Source: an uncultured Rivularia sp. (GTDB lineage Bacteria; Cyanobacteriota; Cyanobacteriia; Cyanobacteriales; Nostocaceae). Taken from it: 64,000 bases of DNA. A model generated the notes under the pieces. It made no database searches. It saw nothing but the letters and a program-made list of their open reading frames with translations, and was not told where the DNA came from. Positions 1-11,012 of this stretch are shown piece by piece (positions within the stretch are counted from its first letter, which is position 1; each line of letters opens with the position of its first letter). The stretch spans positions 352,001 to 416,000 of the forward strand of contig OY762007.1 in the NCBI GenBank assembly GCA_963665115.1, given 5' to 3'. A program made the translations under genes and the position numbers.

Positions 1-1
1 A

Positions 2-832
2 TTAAACCTTTTTCAAAATATCCAAACTATTCCCATAACCACACCTTTAAACACGCAACCAATTTCAACAGCCTATATCCATCAAGGTGATAAAGGAATA
101 CCAATTCTACTTTTACACGGTTTCGAGAGTTCTTTATTAGAATTTCGCTTGCTCATACCGTTACTTGCTGCCAAAAACGAAACTTGGGCAGTTGACTTAC
201 TCGGTTTTGGTTTTACAGAAAGACTCAAAAACATTAACTATTCCCCAGCCACCATCAAAACCCATCTTTACCACTTCTGGAAAACCCAAATTAATCGTCC
301 AGTAATTTTAATAGGTGCTTCGATGGGAGGTGCAACCGCGATAGATTTTACCCTTTCTTACCCAGATTGCGTTCATCAACTGGTTTTAATTAACAGCGTC
401 GGTTATTCCGGTAGCTTTCCTCAAGGACGATTTTTGTTTCCTCCCTTTGATTATTTGGCAGTAGAATATTGGAGACAACGCAAACTCCAACCGCTTTTCT
501 TTAGTGATTTCGGTAACTTAACAGATTCCGAACTTACATCCTTGCAATGTGCAGCTTTACATTTAGATATGCCCAACTGGCACGAAGCGACGATTAGTTT
601 TACCAAAAGTGGTGGTTATAGCGAAATAGCCCCGCGAATTAAAGATATTTCCAAACCAACATTAATATTGTGGGGAGAAAAAGACGAAACTCTTCCGATA
701 GAAGATGCTGAGAAATTTCAACGAGATATTGTGCAGAGTCAATTAATTTGGTTGAAATGCGGACATACTCCGCATCTGGAACAAGCTGGAGTGGTTGCGG
801 AATTGGTTTTAAAAAAGTCAAAAGGTTTCTAA
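2..832 (+). CDS. Alpha/beta hydrolase, 5' end outside the window
   Basis: Frame is open from base 2 (..PILLLHGFESS..); nucleophile motif GASMGG; C-terminal CGHTPHLE. Confidence 0.85.
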   Translation, partial: LNLFQNIQTIPITTPLNTQPISTAYIHQGDKGIPILLLHGFESSLLEFRLLIPLLAAKNETWAVDLLGFGFTERLKNINYSPATIKTHLYHFWKTQINRPVILIGASMGGATAIDFTLSYPDCVHQLVLINSVGYSGSFPQGRFLFPPFDYLAVEYWRQRKLQPLFFSDFGNLTDSELTSLQCAALHLDMPNWHEATISFTKSGGYSEIAPRIKDISKPTLILWGEKDETLPIEDAEKFQRDIVQSQLIWLKCGHTPHLEQAGVVAELVLKKSKGF

Positions 833-1740
833 AAATGACCTTGATTCAACACCTTATCTACAGATGGGCTTGTATCATCAACTAAAGTTTGAATTTTGCT
901 TATCATTCTCTGAAATACGTCAGGATAGTATTTAGAAGTATCTAAAAATTCAACATATTCTTGTCTGTGAATGCGTCTTGCTTCTGGTGTGCGAAATTCC
1001 TGCCTAATATTAGAAGACATACGTTTTGTTTTACGCACTATTAGAACATCATCAATCTGAGTTGAGATGATTGAAACTGGTGTCATATCCAAAAATTCAC
1101 AAATTAAGAAATATAGAGAACCAGGAACAGCTATTTTTAAATCTCTACTTGTTGCAACTGCTTCCTGGAACATAGTTTTATCTAAATTTGTTTTACATTC
1201 TGCACATACATAGCCAAGATAAGATTCAATTAATTTGAAAGTTTTAAAATCCGCATCGAAGGATGTTTTGAGATATAACTTCTTTCCTAAAACAAAGTCT
1301 TGATTTTTAGTTCTAATGTTCGGTTCACCACCTTCACTGGGATTACCAACAGATGATAAAAAGCTAAGTCCCGCAAAAGTGTTTCTAGGACCAAGCTCAA
1401 AAGATTCGTCTATTCCTCTCAAGCTACAAAAAACAAGTTGAGGTAGAAATTCTTCTAAAATAGTATTATCTAACTTGAGTTGACCTTTTTGCCTGTATAA
1501 AAAATTTTCTGTACTATCAAATATTAAGTCAAGCTCAATAAAACGTTTATATTCATTTGTAATTTCTACTAATTTTTCTGCTGTACCAAATTGACCGCGT
1601 TCGACCGACTCAAGTTCACTAATCCATTCATGATATCTTCTAATAGCCTCTTCTAAACGCTCTTTATCAGCTTCAGGCAGTCGGGGATTTTCAAGGCAAG
1701 CAATTAATTTTCCATAATGTGGACGAGATAGTTCGGGCAT
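829..1740 (-). CDS. Type II restriction endonuclease, Bpu10I/BbvCI/Bsu36I-like
   Basis: QKGQLKLDNTILEEF and QD..AECKTNLDKTMFQE motifs; directly downstream of a DNA methyltransferase. Confidence 0.8.
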   Translation of the reverse strand: MPELSRPHYGKLIACLENPRLPEADKERLEEAIRRYHEWISELESVERGQFGTAEKLVEITNEYKRFIELDLIFDSTENFLYRQKGQLKLDNTILEEFLPQLVFCSLRGIDESFELGPRNTFAGLSFLSSVGNPSEGGEPNIRTKNQDFVLGKKLYLKTSFDADFKTFKLIESYLGYVCAECKTNLDKTMFQEAVATSRDLKIAVPGSLYFLICEFLDMTPVSIISTQIDDVLIVRKTKRMSSNIRQEFRTPEARRIHRQEYVEFLDTSKYYPDVFQRMISKIQTLVDDTSPSVDKVLNQGHF

Positions 1741-1779
1741 AATTTTATAATCAATATATTTTATCGAATTAAATTTATA

Positions 1780-2982
1780 TTAAATCGTTTGTTCTAATTG
1801 TTTGATATATTCTATTTGGTCTAATTTTGGCGTACTTTTTATAATTCCGACCTTTCCAATAGCATTTTCAAGATATTTTAAATTTTTTTCAGGAACTGAA
1901 CTAATTCCCTCGATTAAGACATTTAAAGCTATTTCTCTAGCAATATCATCAATAATTTCTTTTGTACATTCAATTTTTAAATTACAAAAGTTAATTAAAT
2001 CTTCTCTGATAATTTTGCCAAATTTATTTTTAAACTGCCTTTTCTGCCTTAAAACTTTTGCATACATCCCAGATTTAATTCCAATCTTTTCAATAATGTC
2101 AGCATTATAAAAAGGTACTCCAAGAACTTTGGATTCATAACCTACTACAAACACAATACGTGCTTCTTTTTTACTTACCCTTGATATTTCCTGCAAAGTC
2201 TCTGCAATATCTAAACAATACTGTACAACTGTATAAAAACGATTGACTCTATTAGCTCTATTAGCTCCAATTTCAGATTTAGCTATTCTAAGTAAGTCCC
2301 ATCCTAAAATCTCAGCAGACTTCCTATAATTTTGATGATAGTTAAATACGTTTATATAAGGTGGAGAAGTTACAACAAAATCTACTCTATTATCTTCTAA
2401 AGGAATACATCTAGAGTCGGATAGTAATGATTTTATATTCTTATTAAGTAATGGTAAATCATGCACCATTCTTTGTAATTCAAAAAACTTTTTTTGAATA
2501 AAGTTATTAGTAATTTTATTGTTAGCAATATCTAATAGTATTATTAATGCATTAAATAATATTGTTGCATCTTCATTGTTTATATTTTGTTTAAACTTAA
2601 TTATTTTATCTTCTAAATTATAAATTTTCTTATCAGTATCTATCAATATTGTGAAAGGAAATTCTTTATTAATATATTCTCTAACTTGATTTATAGTCTT
2701 TTTTTTATCTGATTTATTGATAAATTCATAGGTTTTACTAAGTATACAAGCGGCTGGATTTATCTCAACGCCATATATCTCATGCGAAAAAGCAACTGCT
2801 TCTAATAAAACAGTTCCACTACCTACAAAAGGGTCGAGAACTACTGAGTCAGGTAAACAGTATGCTTCAAAAATTGCTTCTACTAACTGTGGTGAAAATT
2901 GACCTCGCCAAGAAAATAAATTAGAACGTTTTTTTTCAGCAATGTTTAAAAGTTCTTGCGGAATCGGTTTATCGAATTTCAA
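1780..2982 (-). CDS. Amino (probably N4-cytosine) DNA methyltransferase
   Basis: Motif I DPFVGSGT precedes motif IV TSPPY; very AT-rich. Confidence 0.85.
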   Translation of the reverse strand: MKFDKPIPQELLNIAEKKRSNLFSWRGQFSPQLVEAIFEAYCLPDSVVLDPFVGSGTVLLEAVAFSHEIYGVEINPAACILSKTYEFINKSDKKKTINQVREYINKEFPFTILIDTDKKIYNLEDKIIKFKQNINNEDATILFNALIILLDIANNKITNNFIQKKFFELQRMVHDLPLLNKNIKSLLSDSRCIPLEDNRVDFVVTSPPYINVFNYHQNYRKSAEILGWDLLRIAKSEIGANRANRVNRFYTVVQYCLDIAETLQEISRVSKKEARIVFVVGYESKVLGVPFYNADIIEKIGIKSGMYAKVLRQKRQFKNKFGKIIREDLINFCNLKIECTKEIIDDIAREIALNVLIEGISSVPEKNLKYLENAIGKVGIIKSTPKLDQIEYIKQLEQTI

Positions 2983-3115
2983 CTGCGAATCTTCCTTTTA
3001 CCAGGCATATATTTTACGGTTTAATGTAGTTTAACATTTATTTTTGTTGTAAATCCCATCTATTATTCCCAATCTCTAACTACGCCAAAAACGATAATAA
3101 ATCACAGCAGCAACA

Positions 3116-3394
3116 CTATATTCCCCAAATAAAAACTTTTATCCATCCAGAACCAAGAATAACTTTCCAAGGGTCTCGCTCATTAATAATTCGTTCATTA
3201 ATATTTTTTGACAATTGGTACAAAGCAAACATTGCTGGAATCCAAACTACAAAAAAACCATTATTTAACCACCAATTTTCACTCGCTGACTCGTTTGGCG
3301 ATCGCACTATATTCAAATGCAACGAACTGCTTTGATAAAACCCAACCAGCGCTACCACCATCAACAAAAAACTTAAATATTTCAGCACCCGCAT
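3116..3394 (-). CDS. Small hypothetical membrane protein
   Basis: 92-aa ORF with hydrophobic segments; may extend to ~3079 if the C run at 3123-3126 has an extra base. Confidence 0.5.
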   Translation of the reverse strand: MRVLKYLSFLLMVVALVGFYQSSSLHLNIVRSPNESASENWWLNNGFFVVWIPAMFALYQLSKNINERIINERDPWKVILGSGWIKVFIWGI

Positions 3395-3442
3395 ATAATC
3401 TTATTTATCAATTAGAAGTATCTATTATATGCAAGTCAAATA

Positions 3443-4978
3443 TCAAACCAACCCCAAATCCACCGCCACCCGATGAGCGCAAGCAAACCCGGAAAACGCA
3501 ACCGCATTCAATCCTTGTCCGGGAAAGGTACTATCTCCCACGATATATAATCCTTCAATTGCAGTCCGATTAAATGGCATTCCCAACAATCCCCGTAACT
3601 TCCGTCTCGGTATTGGGCCATATGTACCATCGACTCTTCCCAAAAATCTTCGATGGGTTTTTGGCGTTCCCGCTTCTAAATAATCTAAATTCGCATCTAT
3701 CCCTGGAAATATCTTTTCCAATTTATCCACAATTCGCCAAGCTGTAGCTTCTTTCTTGGCTTCATATTCTTTCTCGGATAAATTCTGCCATTCATCAATC
3801 GTGTGTGTGGCGAACGCATGAATGATATGATATCCCTTTGGAGCTAATTCTGGGTCGAGTAATGTGGGAATTGAGACAAAAATTGTCCCTTCCACATCCA
3901 TCATTTTCTCCCATTCCGAAACCAAAATATGATGACACTCAGTTCCTGGAGATAATAATTCTGCTTTTACTCCCATATGTAAACTGAAAAAACTCGGCGA
4001 TTTTTGATATCTTTGCTGCCATTTTTTTTCATTAGCAGGTATTTCTACTGGTGAAAGCAATTTCTCAAATGTATTCCAGCGAGTAGCGTTGGAAACCACA
4101 CGTTTGGCGCGATATTCTTGAGCCACTTGCGTGCGGAGGTCTCCTCCGTTGAGCAAAGTGGCGTGATTGTTCGCCAGCTTAACACCAATAACTTTTCCTT
4201 TCTCTTTTATTATTTGGGTGACTCTGGCTTGATACTTTATTTCTCCACCCTTCTTAATCAAACCTTCTACCAACTTCTGAGCAATTTGCCCTACTCCACC
4301 TTTAGGATAATTAACTCCACCATAATGTCTGTCAGAAAATACCATCCCGGCGTTAATTGCTGGTGTCATATCGGCAGGTACAACTGACCAGCAATAACAC
4401 TCTATATCGATAAACTTTAATAATTCCGGGTCGTTAATATATCTTCGCGCTATATCTCCGGCATTTTGCGGTAAGTATTTCGCCAAAGCCAAACAGGCCA
4501 ATGGATGCCCAAAAAACGCCCGCATTAAATATCGGGGTTCTTCTAAAGACAGTAACTCCATTTGATTTAAGCAGTTAAAAACTTTCCAACACTCGTCATA
4601 AAAACGACGAATTCCCTTGCTTTCGTGAGGAAAATAAGCAATTAAATTTTGTAAAAAATCTTCATAATTTCGTTCAACTTTCAAATCCAACGAGTTCGGC
4701 AAATGATAGTGAATCTGCACGTTATCGGGAATAGTTTCCAAACTCACATCTACTGCTGACAAAGCACGGGTAAGTAAATTAGTAGTTCCTTTGTCCCCAA
4801 ACCCAAAAATCATCGAAGCCCCTACATCAAAGCGATAACCTTCCCGTTCAAAATAGCCAGAGCTACCACCAGGAATCGTATATCCCTCTAAAACCAGCAC
4901 CTTAGCACCCTTAGCCACTAATTGAGTCGCAGTTACCAAACCACCGATACCCGAACCAATTACAATCACATCGTACAT
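3443..4978 (-). CDS. crtH: Carotenoid cis-trans isomerase CrtH
   Basis: GSGIGG FAD motif, [29 protein letters not shown]. Confidence 0.93.
   Translation of the reverse strand: MYDVIVIGSGIGGLVTATQLVAKGAKVLVLEGYTIPGGSSGYFEREGYRFDVGASMIFGFGDKGTTNLLTRALSAVDVSLETIPDNVQIHYHLPNSLDLKVERNYEDFLQNLIAYFPHESKGIRRFYDECWKVFNCLNQMELLSLEEPRYLMRAFFGHPLACLALAKYLPQNAGDIARRYINDPELLKFIDIECYCWSVVPADMTPAINAGMVFSDRHYGGVNYPKGGVGQIAQKLVEGLIKKGGEIKYQARVTQIIKEKGKVIGVKLANNHATLLNGGDLRTQVAQEYRAKRVVSNATRWNTFEKLLSPVEIPANEKKWQQRYQKSPSFFSLHMGVKAELLSPGTECHHILVSEWEKMMDVEGTIFVSIPTLLDPELAPKGYHIIHAFATHTIDEWQNLSEKEYEAKKEATAWRIVDKLEKIFPGIDANLDYLEAGTPKTHRRFLGRVDGTYGPIPRRKLRGLLGMPFNRTAIEGLYIVGDSTFPGQGLNAVAFSGFACAHRVAVDLGLV
4121..4164. 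repeat. Small palindromic dispersed repeat inserted in frame in crtH
   Basis: AGCCACTTGCGTGCGGAGGTCTCCTCCGTTGAGCAAAGTGGCGT; GCCACTT/AAGTGGC arms; encodes [15 protein letters not shown]. Confidence 0.7.
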
Positions 4979-5107
4979 AAGTTGTAAATCTTTAAAGGTT
5001 AAAGGTTAAAGGTCAAAGGTTAAATAATTATAATTCCTAATTCCTAACTTTTCTTTACCAATGCCCTATCCCCAATTACCTATTACCTATTACCTATTAC
5101 CAAAATA

Positions 5108-5177
5108 AAAAAAGAGGGACAAGTCTGCAACTGCTGACCAATCCCGTCTGCCGTTCCTTAAAGAGAGGAGAACACTG
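5108..5177 (-). ncRNA. isaR1: Iron-stress sRNA, IsaR1 homologue
   Basis: Minus strand CAGTGTTCTCCTCTC..., then a GGGA..TCCC hairpin and U-tract (~70 nt); lies between crtH and upp, the synteny I recall for IsaR1. Confidence 0.75.
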
Positions 5178-5183
5178 GAAATT

Positions 5184-5240
5184 AATATAGCGCTGATTGA
5201 GAATAAATGTCAACTAGTAATAAAAAAGATTCTCAATAAA
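5184..5240 (-). promoter_or_regulatory. Sigma70-type promoter with Fur-box-like AT-rich repeats
   Basis: TTGACA (5213-5208), 18 bp, TATATT (5189-5184); ATTGAGAAT/ATTCTCAAT half-sites flank the -35. Confidence 0.65.
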
Positions 5241-5360
5241 ATTTGATACTAATATCGGATCAATTTATGAATGCCAATGTTAGATGTTAGTCACTGGCTT
5301 GAAAGAGTATTATGATGTTGCAGTTGCGATACCTTATATATTGAAGCTTTTATATCTACT

Positions 5361-6011
5361 ATGACGCTACAATTGCGCGTTTATGTTCCACCCCATCCCT
5401 TAATCAAACATTGGCTGGCAGTTGCTCGCGATGCTGGTACGCCTTCCGTATTGTTTCGTTCGGCAATGACTGAATTGGGGCGCTGGCTAACTTATGAAGC
5501 CGCTAGGGAATGGTTGCCGACGTTAGAGACAACGGTTCAAACTCCTTTAGAGGAATGTCCTGCAACTTTTATTAATCCTGAAATTCCGGTGGCAGTAGTG
5601 CCAATTTTGCGAGCGGGGTTAGGATTGCTAGAAGGCGCACAAACTTTGCTTCCTTTGGCATCTATTTATCATTTGGGTTTAGTCCGCAACGAGAAAACTT
5701 TGCAACCGGAATGTTATCTTAATAAGCTACCAGAAAAAATTAACCCTCAGACAAGAGTGTTAATTACCGACCCTATGTTGGCTACTGGAGGCTCTATAAT
5801 GGCTGCAATGTCGGAATTAGTCGGGCGAGGCGTTGACCCTGCTTTAACGCGGATTGTCTGCGTAGTTGCTTCTCCCCCAGCATTACAACAATTGAGTGCA
5901 GCTTATCCGGGTTTAAATGTTTATACTGCAACAATTGATGAAAAACTTAACGAACGAGGATTTATAGTACCTGGTTTAGGAGATGCTGGCGATCGCACTT
6001 TTGGAACTTAA
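5361..6011 (+). CDS. upp: Uracil phosphoribosyltransferase
   Basis: PILRAGLG, DPMLATGGS, PGLGDAGDR motifs. Confidence 0.96.
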   Translation: MTLQLRVYVPPHPLIKHWLAVARDAGTPSVLFRSAMTELGRWLTYEAAREWLPTLETTVQTPLEECPATFINPEIPVAVVPILRAGLGLLEGAQTLLPLASIYHLGLVRNEKTLQPECYLNKLPEKINPQTRVLITDPMLATGGSIMAAMSELVGRGVDPALTRIVCVVASPPALQQLSAAYPGLNVYTATIDEKLNERGFIVPGLGDAGDRTFGT

Positions 6012-6099
6012 AAAAGGAACTTAAAAAAATATACAGTTTATCCGGCGGGGTTGGTTGCGATCGTTAAAGTAGGAAGTAGCGATTAAAGGTGGTAAACAT

Positions 6100-6462
6100 A
6101 TGAGTCAACGCGATGGTTTTGCTAGCGGATTTTTTGCCGGAGCGATTTTTGGTAGTGTAGTTGGTGGCGTTATCGGGACGCTGGCAACCCAAAGACGCAA
6201 TGGGGCAGAATTTGCTGAAGATGAAGCAGAACAGCAAATAACGGGTAAGAACTCAAACTTGGATAAATCTGGCAAACGAAGACAGATGCGAGGTGCGGCG
6301 ACGACTGGGGTAGAAATGGAAACAGCGCGACGTTCTCTAGAAGACAAAATTGCTCAGTTAAACGCCACAATCGATGAAGTGCGCGATCAGCTTGGCAATG
6401 TTAACAACAATTCTGGTGGAGTAAACGAATTTCCCTCTCGCAGCGAAGAATTACAATCTTAA
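6100..6462 (+). CDS. Conserved cyanobacterial protein (Gly-rich TM helix plus coiled coil)
   Basis: GFFAGAIFGSVVGGVIG; ARRSLEDKIAQLN; lies between upp and yggT. Confidence 0.75.
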   Translation: MSQRDGFASGFFAGAIFGSVVGGVIGTLATQRRNGAEFAEDEAEQQITGKNSNLDKSGKRRQMRGAATTGVEMETARRSLEDKIAQLNATIDEVRDQLGNVNNNSGGVNEFPSRSEELQS

Positions 6463-6644
6463 CCAAACCCAAAGGAACTTGAGCGGTAATAAAGCGATAA
6501 ATTGTTTTATAGCCGCTCAAAATACTCAAGCTAGAGAATTAAAAAAGATGAATACCGAAACAATTGTCTCGGCATCTTGGTGCCAGCTAAATTAAAATCA
6601 ATAATAAGACCGCTTTTCACTAAAACTCAAAACACCAAATATCT

Positions 6645-6947
6645 ATGGTTTCAAATTCGCCTTTTGCTTTATTGATTGAGACACTGCTCAAATTCATCCA
6701 GTTTTACAGTTATTTACTGATCGGTAGGGTTCTATTAACTTGGTTCCCACAAATCGAATGGAGTAGCCAACCATTCGCAGCACTCAGTCAGATAACCGAT
6801 CCTTATCTGAATTTGTTCCGTAATATAATTCCCCCCCTCGGAGGAATTGACTTATCCCCAATTCTGGCTTTTTTAGCGCTAAACGTAGTCAGCGGACTTT
6901 TAGCAGGTGTAGCTGGTAGTCTATTAGCTTCAGCTTCAGTTTATTAA
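6645..6947 (+). CDS. ylmG: YggT/YlmG family membrane protein
   Basis: LLTWFP..TDPYLNLFRNIIPPLGGIDLSPILA. Confidence 0.88.
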   Translation: MVSNSPFALLIETLLKFIQFYSYLLIGRVLLTWFPQIEWSSQPFAALSQITDPYLNLFRNIIPPLGGIDLSPILAFLALNVVSGLLAGVAGSLLASASVY

Positions 6948-7062
6948 ATTCAGCAGACTAATCAAACACGAAGTATGAAGTTTGACATCTAAAATACGAT
7001 CTGCTTTTTATCAAAGGGCGATCGCCTAAACAAATTTTCGTTTTTTTGTTTTTTTGTTAAAT

Positions 7063-7094
7063 GCGATCTGCTTGCAGCAGCGCTTCGCTATCGC
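7063..7094. repeat. 24-nt SDR5-like element inside a HIP1 site
   Basis: GCG|ATCTGCTTGCAGCAGCGCTTCGCT|ATCGC; removing the insert restores GCGATCGC. Confidence 0.65.
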
Positions 7095-7136
7095 GATTCA
7101 TGTTTTGATGTTTCATTCTTCATACTTTGTAACTAT

Positions 7137-7571
7137 TTAGTAACGAACTTTAGAAGTAAACCCCGACGCTTTAAACTGCTTTAACTTTAATGGCGTAGGT
7201 TGATTTGCTGGAACGGTAATTCTCATTTCAAAAGTACTTTCTCCGGGTGGTACTTCGCTAATAGAACCGACGCGAGTACGGTTTTGCATTACCGTATTAT
7301 TATTAGCATCATAAATCCGCCCAAAAATATCTGCATCATACACAGTTTTACTAGTCATATTTTTTGCAGTACCAGTGACTATAAAGCAATTTGCAGCCCT
7401 GCTAGCACCACCACTAGTAACATTCCCTGTACTCAGTTCCGCCGGACACTCTTGGTAAGAAATATTTGATAAAGGAATCGGCGTTAGTGCCAAAGCAGCA
7501 GGTGAATAAATCCAGGAAAATATTCCAATAATGCAGGAAATAAAGATAGTCGTCAGCGAACGTAACAGCAT
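7137..7571 (-). CDS. Conserved exported hypothetical protein
   Basis: Signal-like N-terminus ending AALA; Cys pair; VYDADIFGRIYDA. ATG at 7571 preferred over 7604. Confidence 0.7.
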   Translation of the reverse strand: MLLRSLTTIFISCIIGIFSWIYSPAALALTPIPLSNISYQECPAELSTGNVTSGGASRAANCFIVTGTAKNMTSKTVYDADIFGRIYDANNNTVMQNRTRVGSISEVPPGESTFEMRITVPANQPTPLKLKQFKASGFTSKVRY

Positions 7572-7902
7572 ACTATACACCGTAAAAATTTTAATTATAT
7601 GCAACCAGCTTATCAGTTAACAGCAAGCAGTTAAGGTGAGTAGGTTTAAAAAAATATCTTTAAATATTATTCTCGCTTTTGGCATGGAAGTAGTCATTTT
7701 CAGTAACCATTCACAATCTTGATGTTGGGTTACGACACGATTAATACAGGTTTTTGTTATGAGTTGATTTTTTTTCGTATCTAACCCAATCTACTAGTAG
7801 TTGATTGCATAAATTCTGAAGGATTCGTTTTTCCCGTAACCTTCGGGAGACGTTATGTATAACGTCTCTACAACCCGTCAAAACAAATGAAAAGGACTAC
7901 TC

Positions 7903-8052
7903 GTACTTCACCACGATAATTCTGCGGGGTTCCAGGAGTGCGAGCATCTTGCTCGCTGGTTGTCACGAGGGAGCGTCTCGCTCCCTGTTGGAAGCTAGCG
8001 ATCTGGAAAGCTCGCACTCCCAACACCCCGCAAAATTAATGTGCCGAAGTAC
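7903..8052. mobile_element. MITE-like element carrying internal REP-type palindromes
   Basis: TIRs GTACTTCACCACGATAATTCTGCGGGG and CCCCGCAAAATTAATGTGCCGAAGTAC; related inverted copy at 40034-40155. Confidence 0.65.
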
Positions 8053-8137
8053 CATCTACAAAAAAAAGATGAGCATTAATTGCCCACCTTAGAGTTTAAA
8101 TTAATAAATCTTTACTAAAACCAACTCTAGCTAAGAT

Positions 8138-9214
8138 TTACTTAACACTACCTTCCATTGCAGCAGAATCAATCGGTTTGATAAAGTACAACTTCACAGC
8201 TTGCCAACCGTTGGAAAGATAGTAAGGCAGCTTTTGGAAGATTTGGAGGAATTTAGGCGTTGTAGAATTCACGATGGCTCTAAGCTTCTCGTTATTCTTG
8301 ACGCAAGTTTCCAAACGTTCGTAAAATTCCGGTGTCTTAACATTTAACATTACTGGAAATACACGCCCAGCAGTTTCGTTGGTTTTTTCAATCACTTCTT
8401 TGTCGTATTCCCGTGCATTTAAACCAATTGCAGCATAAAAACCATCACGCTGAATATCGTTTAAGTACATTGTGCCAAATACCGACAATAGGAAGAAGCG
8501 ACACCATAAACGCGCTTTCCAATCGTTTAAGGTTTGAGGTTGCGCTCTCATTACCGCGTCGAAGAAGTCACCGTGGCGGTTTTCATCTTGACACCAGTTT
8601 TCAAAGAATCGGAAAATTGGATAAATTCTATCTTCGGGATGCTGTTCTAAATGGCGATAAATAGTGATATAGCGCCAGTAACCAATCTTTTCGGAAAGAT
8701 ATGTCGCGTAAAAGATGAATTTAGGCTTAAAGAAAGTGTAGCTACGACTCTTGGTTAAAAATCCTAAATCGAGCGACAGATTAAAATCTGACATTGCCTT
8801 ATTTAAGAAACCAGCATGACGGGCTTCATCCCGCGACATTAAGTTAAAGCCTTCAGCTAAAACCGGGTTTTTTCCTTTGAGACGACGACTTAATTCTTTG
8901 TACAGCAAAAAGCCAGAGAATTCGGCCGTACAGGAACGTTCTAAAAACTCAACAAACACCCGGCGAGTGTCCCCATCAATATGTTCCCAGGATTGCTCAA
9001 ACTCTTCATCCCGAACAAAATGATGGCGGTTATAGTCAGCACGAAACTCTTCAATGATGGCTCTCAACTCGTCTTCATTAACCGAGATGTCCATTTTAGC
9101 CATCTCGTCAAAGTCAGTGGTGTAAAACCTGGGTGTCAGCAGAGTTTCTTTTGCTGGGACTTTAACACCCGGACGTATTTCGTTAAAGCCTGGTTTTTGT
9201 AGGGAATCTACCAT
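8138..9214 (-). CDS. acsF: Mg-protoporphyrin IX monomethyl ester oxidative cyclase
   Basis: [11 protein letters not shown]; di-iron motifs DEARHAG and DENRHGD; start taken at MVDSLQK (9214). Confidence 0.95.
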   Translation of the reverse strand: MVDSLQKPGFNEIRPGVKVPAKETLLTPRFYTTDFDEMAKMDISVNEDELRAIIEEFRADYNRHHFVRDEEFEQSWEHIDGDTRRVFVEFLERSCTAEFSGFLLYKELSRRLKGKNPVLAEGFNLMSRDEARHAGFLNKAMSDFNLSLDLGFLTKSRSYTFFKPKFIFYATYLSEKIGYWRYITIYRHLEQHPEDRIYPIFRFFENWCQDENRHGDFFDAVMRAQPQTLNDWKARLWCRFFLLSVFGTMYLNDIQRDGFYAAIGLNAREYDKEVIEKTNETAGRVFPVMLNVKTPEFYERLETCVKNNEKLRAIVNSTTPKFLQIFQKLPYYLSNGWQAVKLYFIKPIDSAAMEGSVK

Positions 9215-9824
9215 ATCCTGATTATTATAAGTGTCGGGTTTGTAGACGCTGTTTTGATGTATAAACGCAGCACATTGCAACGCTTAAAAATCGAAAAACG
9301 GAAATATTGCGTTAAGTATAAATATCAGTTTACCAAGGAGTCTGGGAGTAATTACTAGATCAAACGTTAAGAGTTGCAACAATGAGGAGAGGGCGAGACA
9401 TTTAATCAATTATCAATTATCAATTATCAATGCCCCATGCCCCATCCCCAATTCCCAATCCCCAATTCTCAAATTAGCCGGATTTGTAATGCTGATGGAT
9501 GTAAATCCTAAAGGTAGATAATTCAATATTGAGTTTTACTTATGGGTGCGATTATCCAATGCACGGAATTAATAGAAATTCACTCACGCGGCAATCGTCA
9601 CGATAGTAAATAAGTAATCAAAAATAAATATATTTATTAAACTCGATGACTGTAATTAACTGATTGTTGTAATGGAATAACATTTTATTATAGCTTCATT
9701 TTCAAATTACATCAAAACGTAGCGAGATATAAAAATATTACACTAAAATTAAATTGTTAATATCGATAATTATTAATTCACATACATTTCAGTTGCCTTA
9801 AGCGTTCGGTGGAGTTGAAATCAG

Positions 9825-10352
9825 ATGAAGATTAAAGTCAAAGATAAGAATCAGAACAACGATGCAGATAAAGAAAAAGAGCGGATGAAAATATCCTATA
9901 TGCTCAACGTATTGGGTTTTTTAGGATTTACCGGCGGACTGCATCGTTTGTATAATGGTAAGGTTGCTACGGGTTTGCTATGGATGTTTACCCTTGGCTT
10001 GTTCGGTTTTGGTCAATTTGTAGATTTATTTCTCATTCCTAATATGGTGGAAGAAAGAGAAATGAAATTGAGATTAAAAGCTGGTTTATCGCCTTTTGGT
10101 GTTGCACAAACTCCTCAAGTCATAGCAACTGAAATATATGAATCTCCTCAAGAAACTTTAATGGTGAACTTATTAAAAGCTGCCGAAAAACGCGGTGGTG
10201 AACTTAGCGTTACTCAAGGAGTCCTTGAAACGGGTGCAAAGTTTTCGCAGGTAGAAGCAACTTTAAAAGAGATGCACAAATCTGGTTATGTTGGCATAGG
10301 TAACAACTCCGAAAATGGAGCCGTTACCTATATTTTTCACGAACTTACTTAA
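9825..10352 (+). CDS. TM2 (NINE) domain membrane protein
   Basis: GLHRLYNGK..GLLW..T.GLFG.GQFVDLFLIP. Confidence 0.8.
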   Translation: MKIKVKDKNQNNDADKEKERMKISYMLNVLGFLGFTGGLHRLYNGKVATGLLWMFTLGLFGFGQFVDLFLIPNMVEEREMKLRLKAGLSPFGVAQTPQVIATEIYESPQETLMVNLLKAAEKRGGELSVTQGVLETGAKFSQVEATLKEMHKSGYVGIGNNSENGAVTYIFHELT

Positions 10353-10831
10353 TTTCTTCCCAACCACTTTTGACCGTTCAAACGCATTATTACTCCAAAT
10401 ACCATTAAGTCTAGAGTAATTCTACGCTCGTCAATTAAAAATGATTCGAGGGTGCTGGGGCTTTTGCCTTCATTGCAAGAAAACGCTTTTTTCCCTTTAA
10501 TATCTTCATCTGGGAAATATAGATTAAATTGGCGATCGCCATTTTTGAAGTTACCTAAAACTTGCCAGCATTCCTCAGCTTTCTCATATCCAGGAATCGG
10601 AAGTTTTTGCTTTTGGAAATCCAAATCCAAATCTTCCACCCCTTCACCAGCGATCGCCTCTTGCAGCGCAGGTACGTAATGCTCTCGCATAAATTCCTCA
10701 AACGGCTTATCTTCAACCGCTGGAGGCTTTTCTTTCTTTTTCGCGGCAGGTTTCTTATCACCTGCGGGTTTAGCAGCAGCTTTGGGCTTTTCTTCCGATG
10801 CTGCTTCGTTTTTATTCGTTTCTTCTGCCAT
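10349..10831 (-). CDS. ndhV: DUF2996 protein, NDH-1 subunit NdhV
   Basis: [36 protein letters not shown]. Confidence 0.72.
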   Translation of the reverse strand: MAEETNKNEAASEEKPKAAAKPAGDKKPAAKKKEKPPAVEDKPFEEFMREHYVPALQEAIAGEGVEDLDLDFQKQKLPIPGYEKAEECWQVLGNFKNGDRQFNLYFPDEDIKGKKAFSCNEGKSPSTLESFLIDERRITLDLMVFGVIMRLNGQKWLGRN

Positions 10832-10883
10832 TACTTGGGTTAATCCTTCTGGTTTGAATCATCTTCATTTTACCTATGATGCG

Positions 10884-11012
10884 GAATTGGGGATTAGGAA
10901 TTGGAAATTGGGAATTGGGGATTGGGCATTGGGGATTGGGGATTGGGCATTGGGGATTGGGAATTGGGAATTGGTAATTGGTAATTGGGGATTGGGGATT
11001 GGGAATTGGGAA
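10884..11012. repeat. STRR heptamer tract (GGGAATT/GGGGATT/GGGCATT)
   Basis: Directly visible. Similar short tandem tracts near 4992, 5072, 9405, 11415, 11485, 50090, 51100, 53619, 59810 and 59923. Confidence 0.9.

Noticed and set aside
9215..9280. Upstream extension of acsF in the ORF track
   Set aside because: AcsF-like sequence begins at MVDSLQK (9214).
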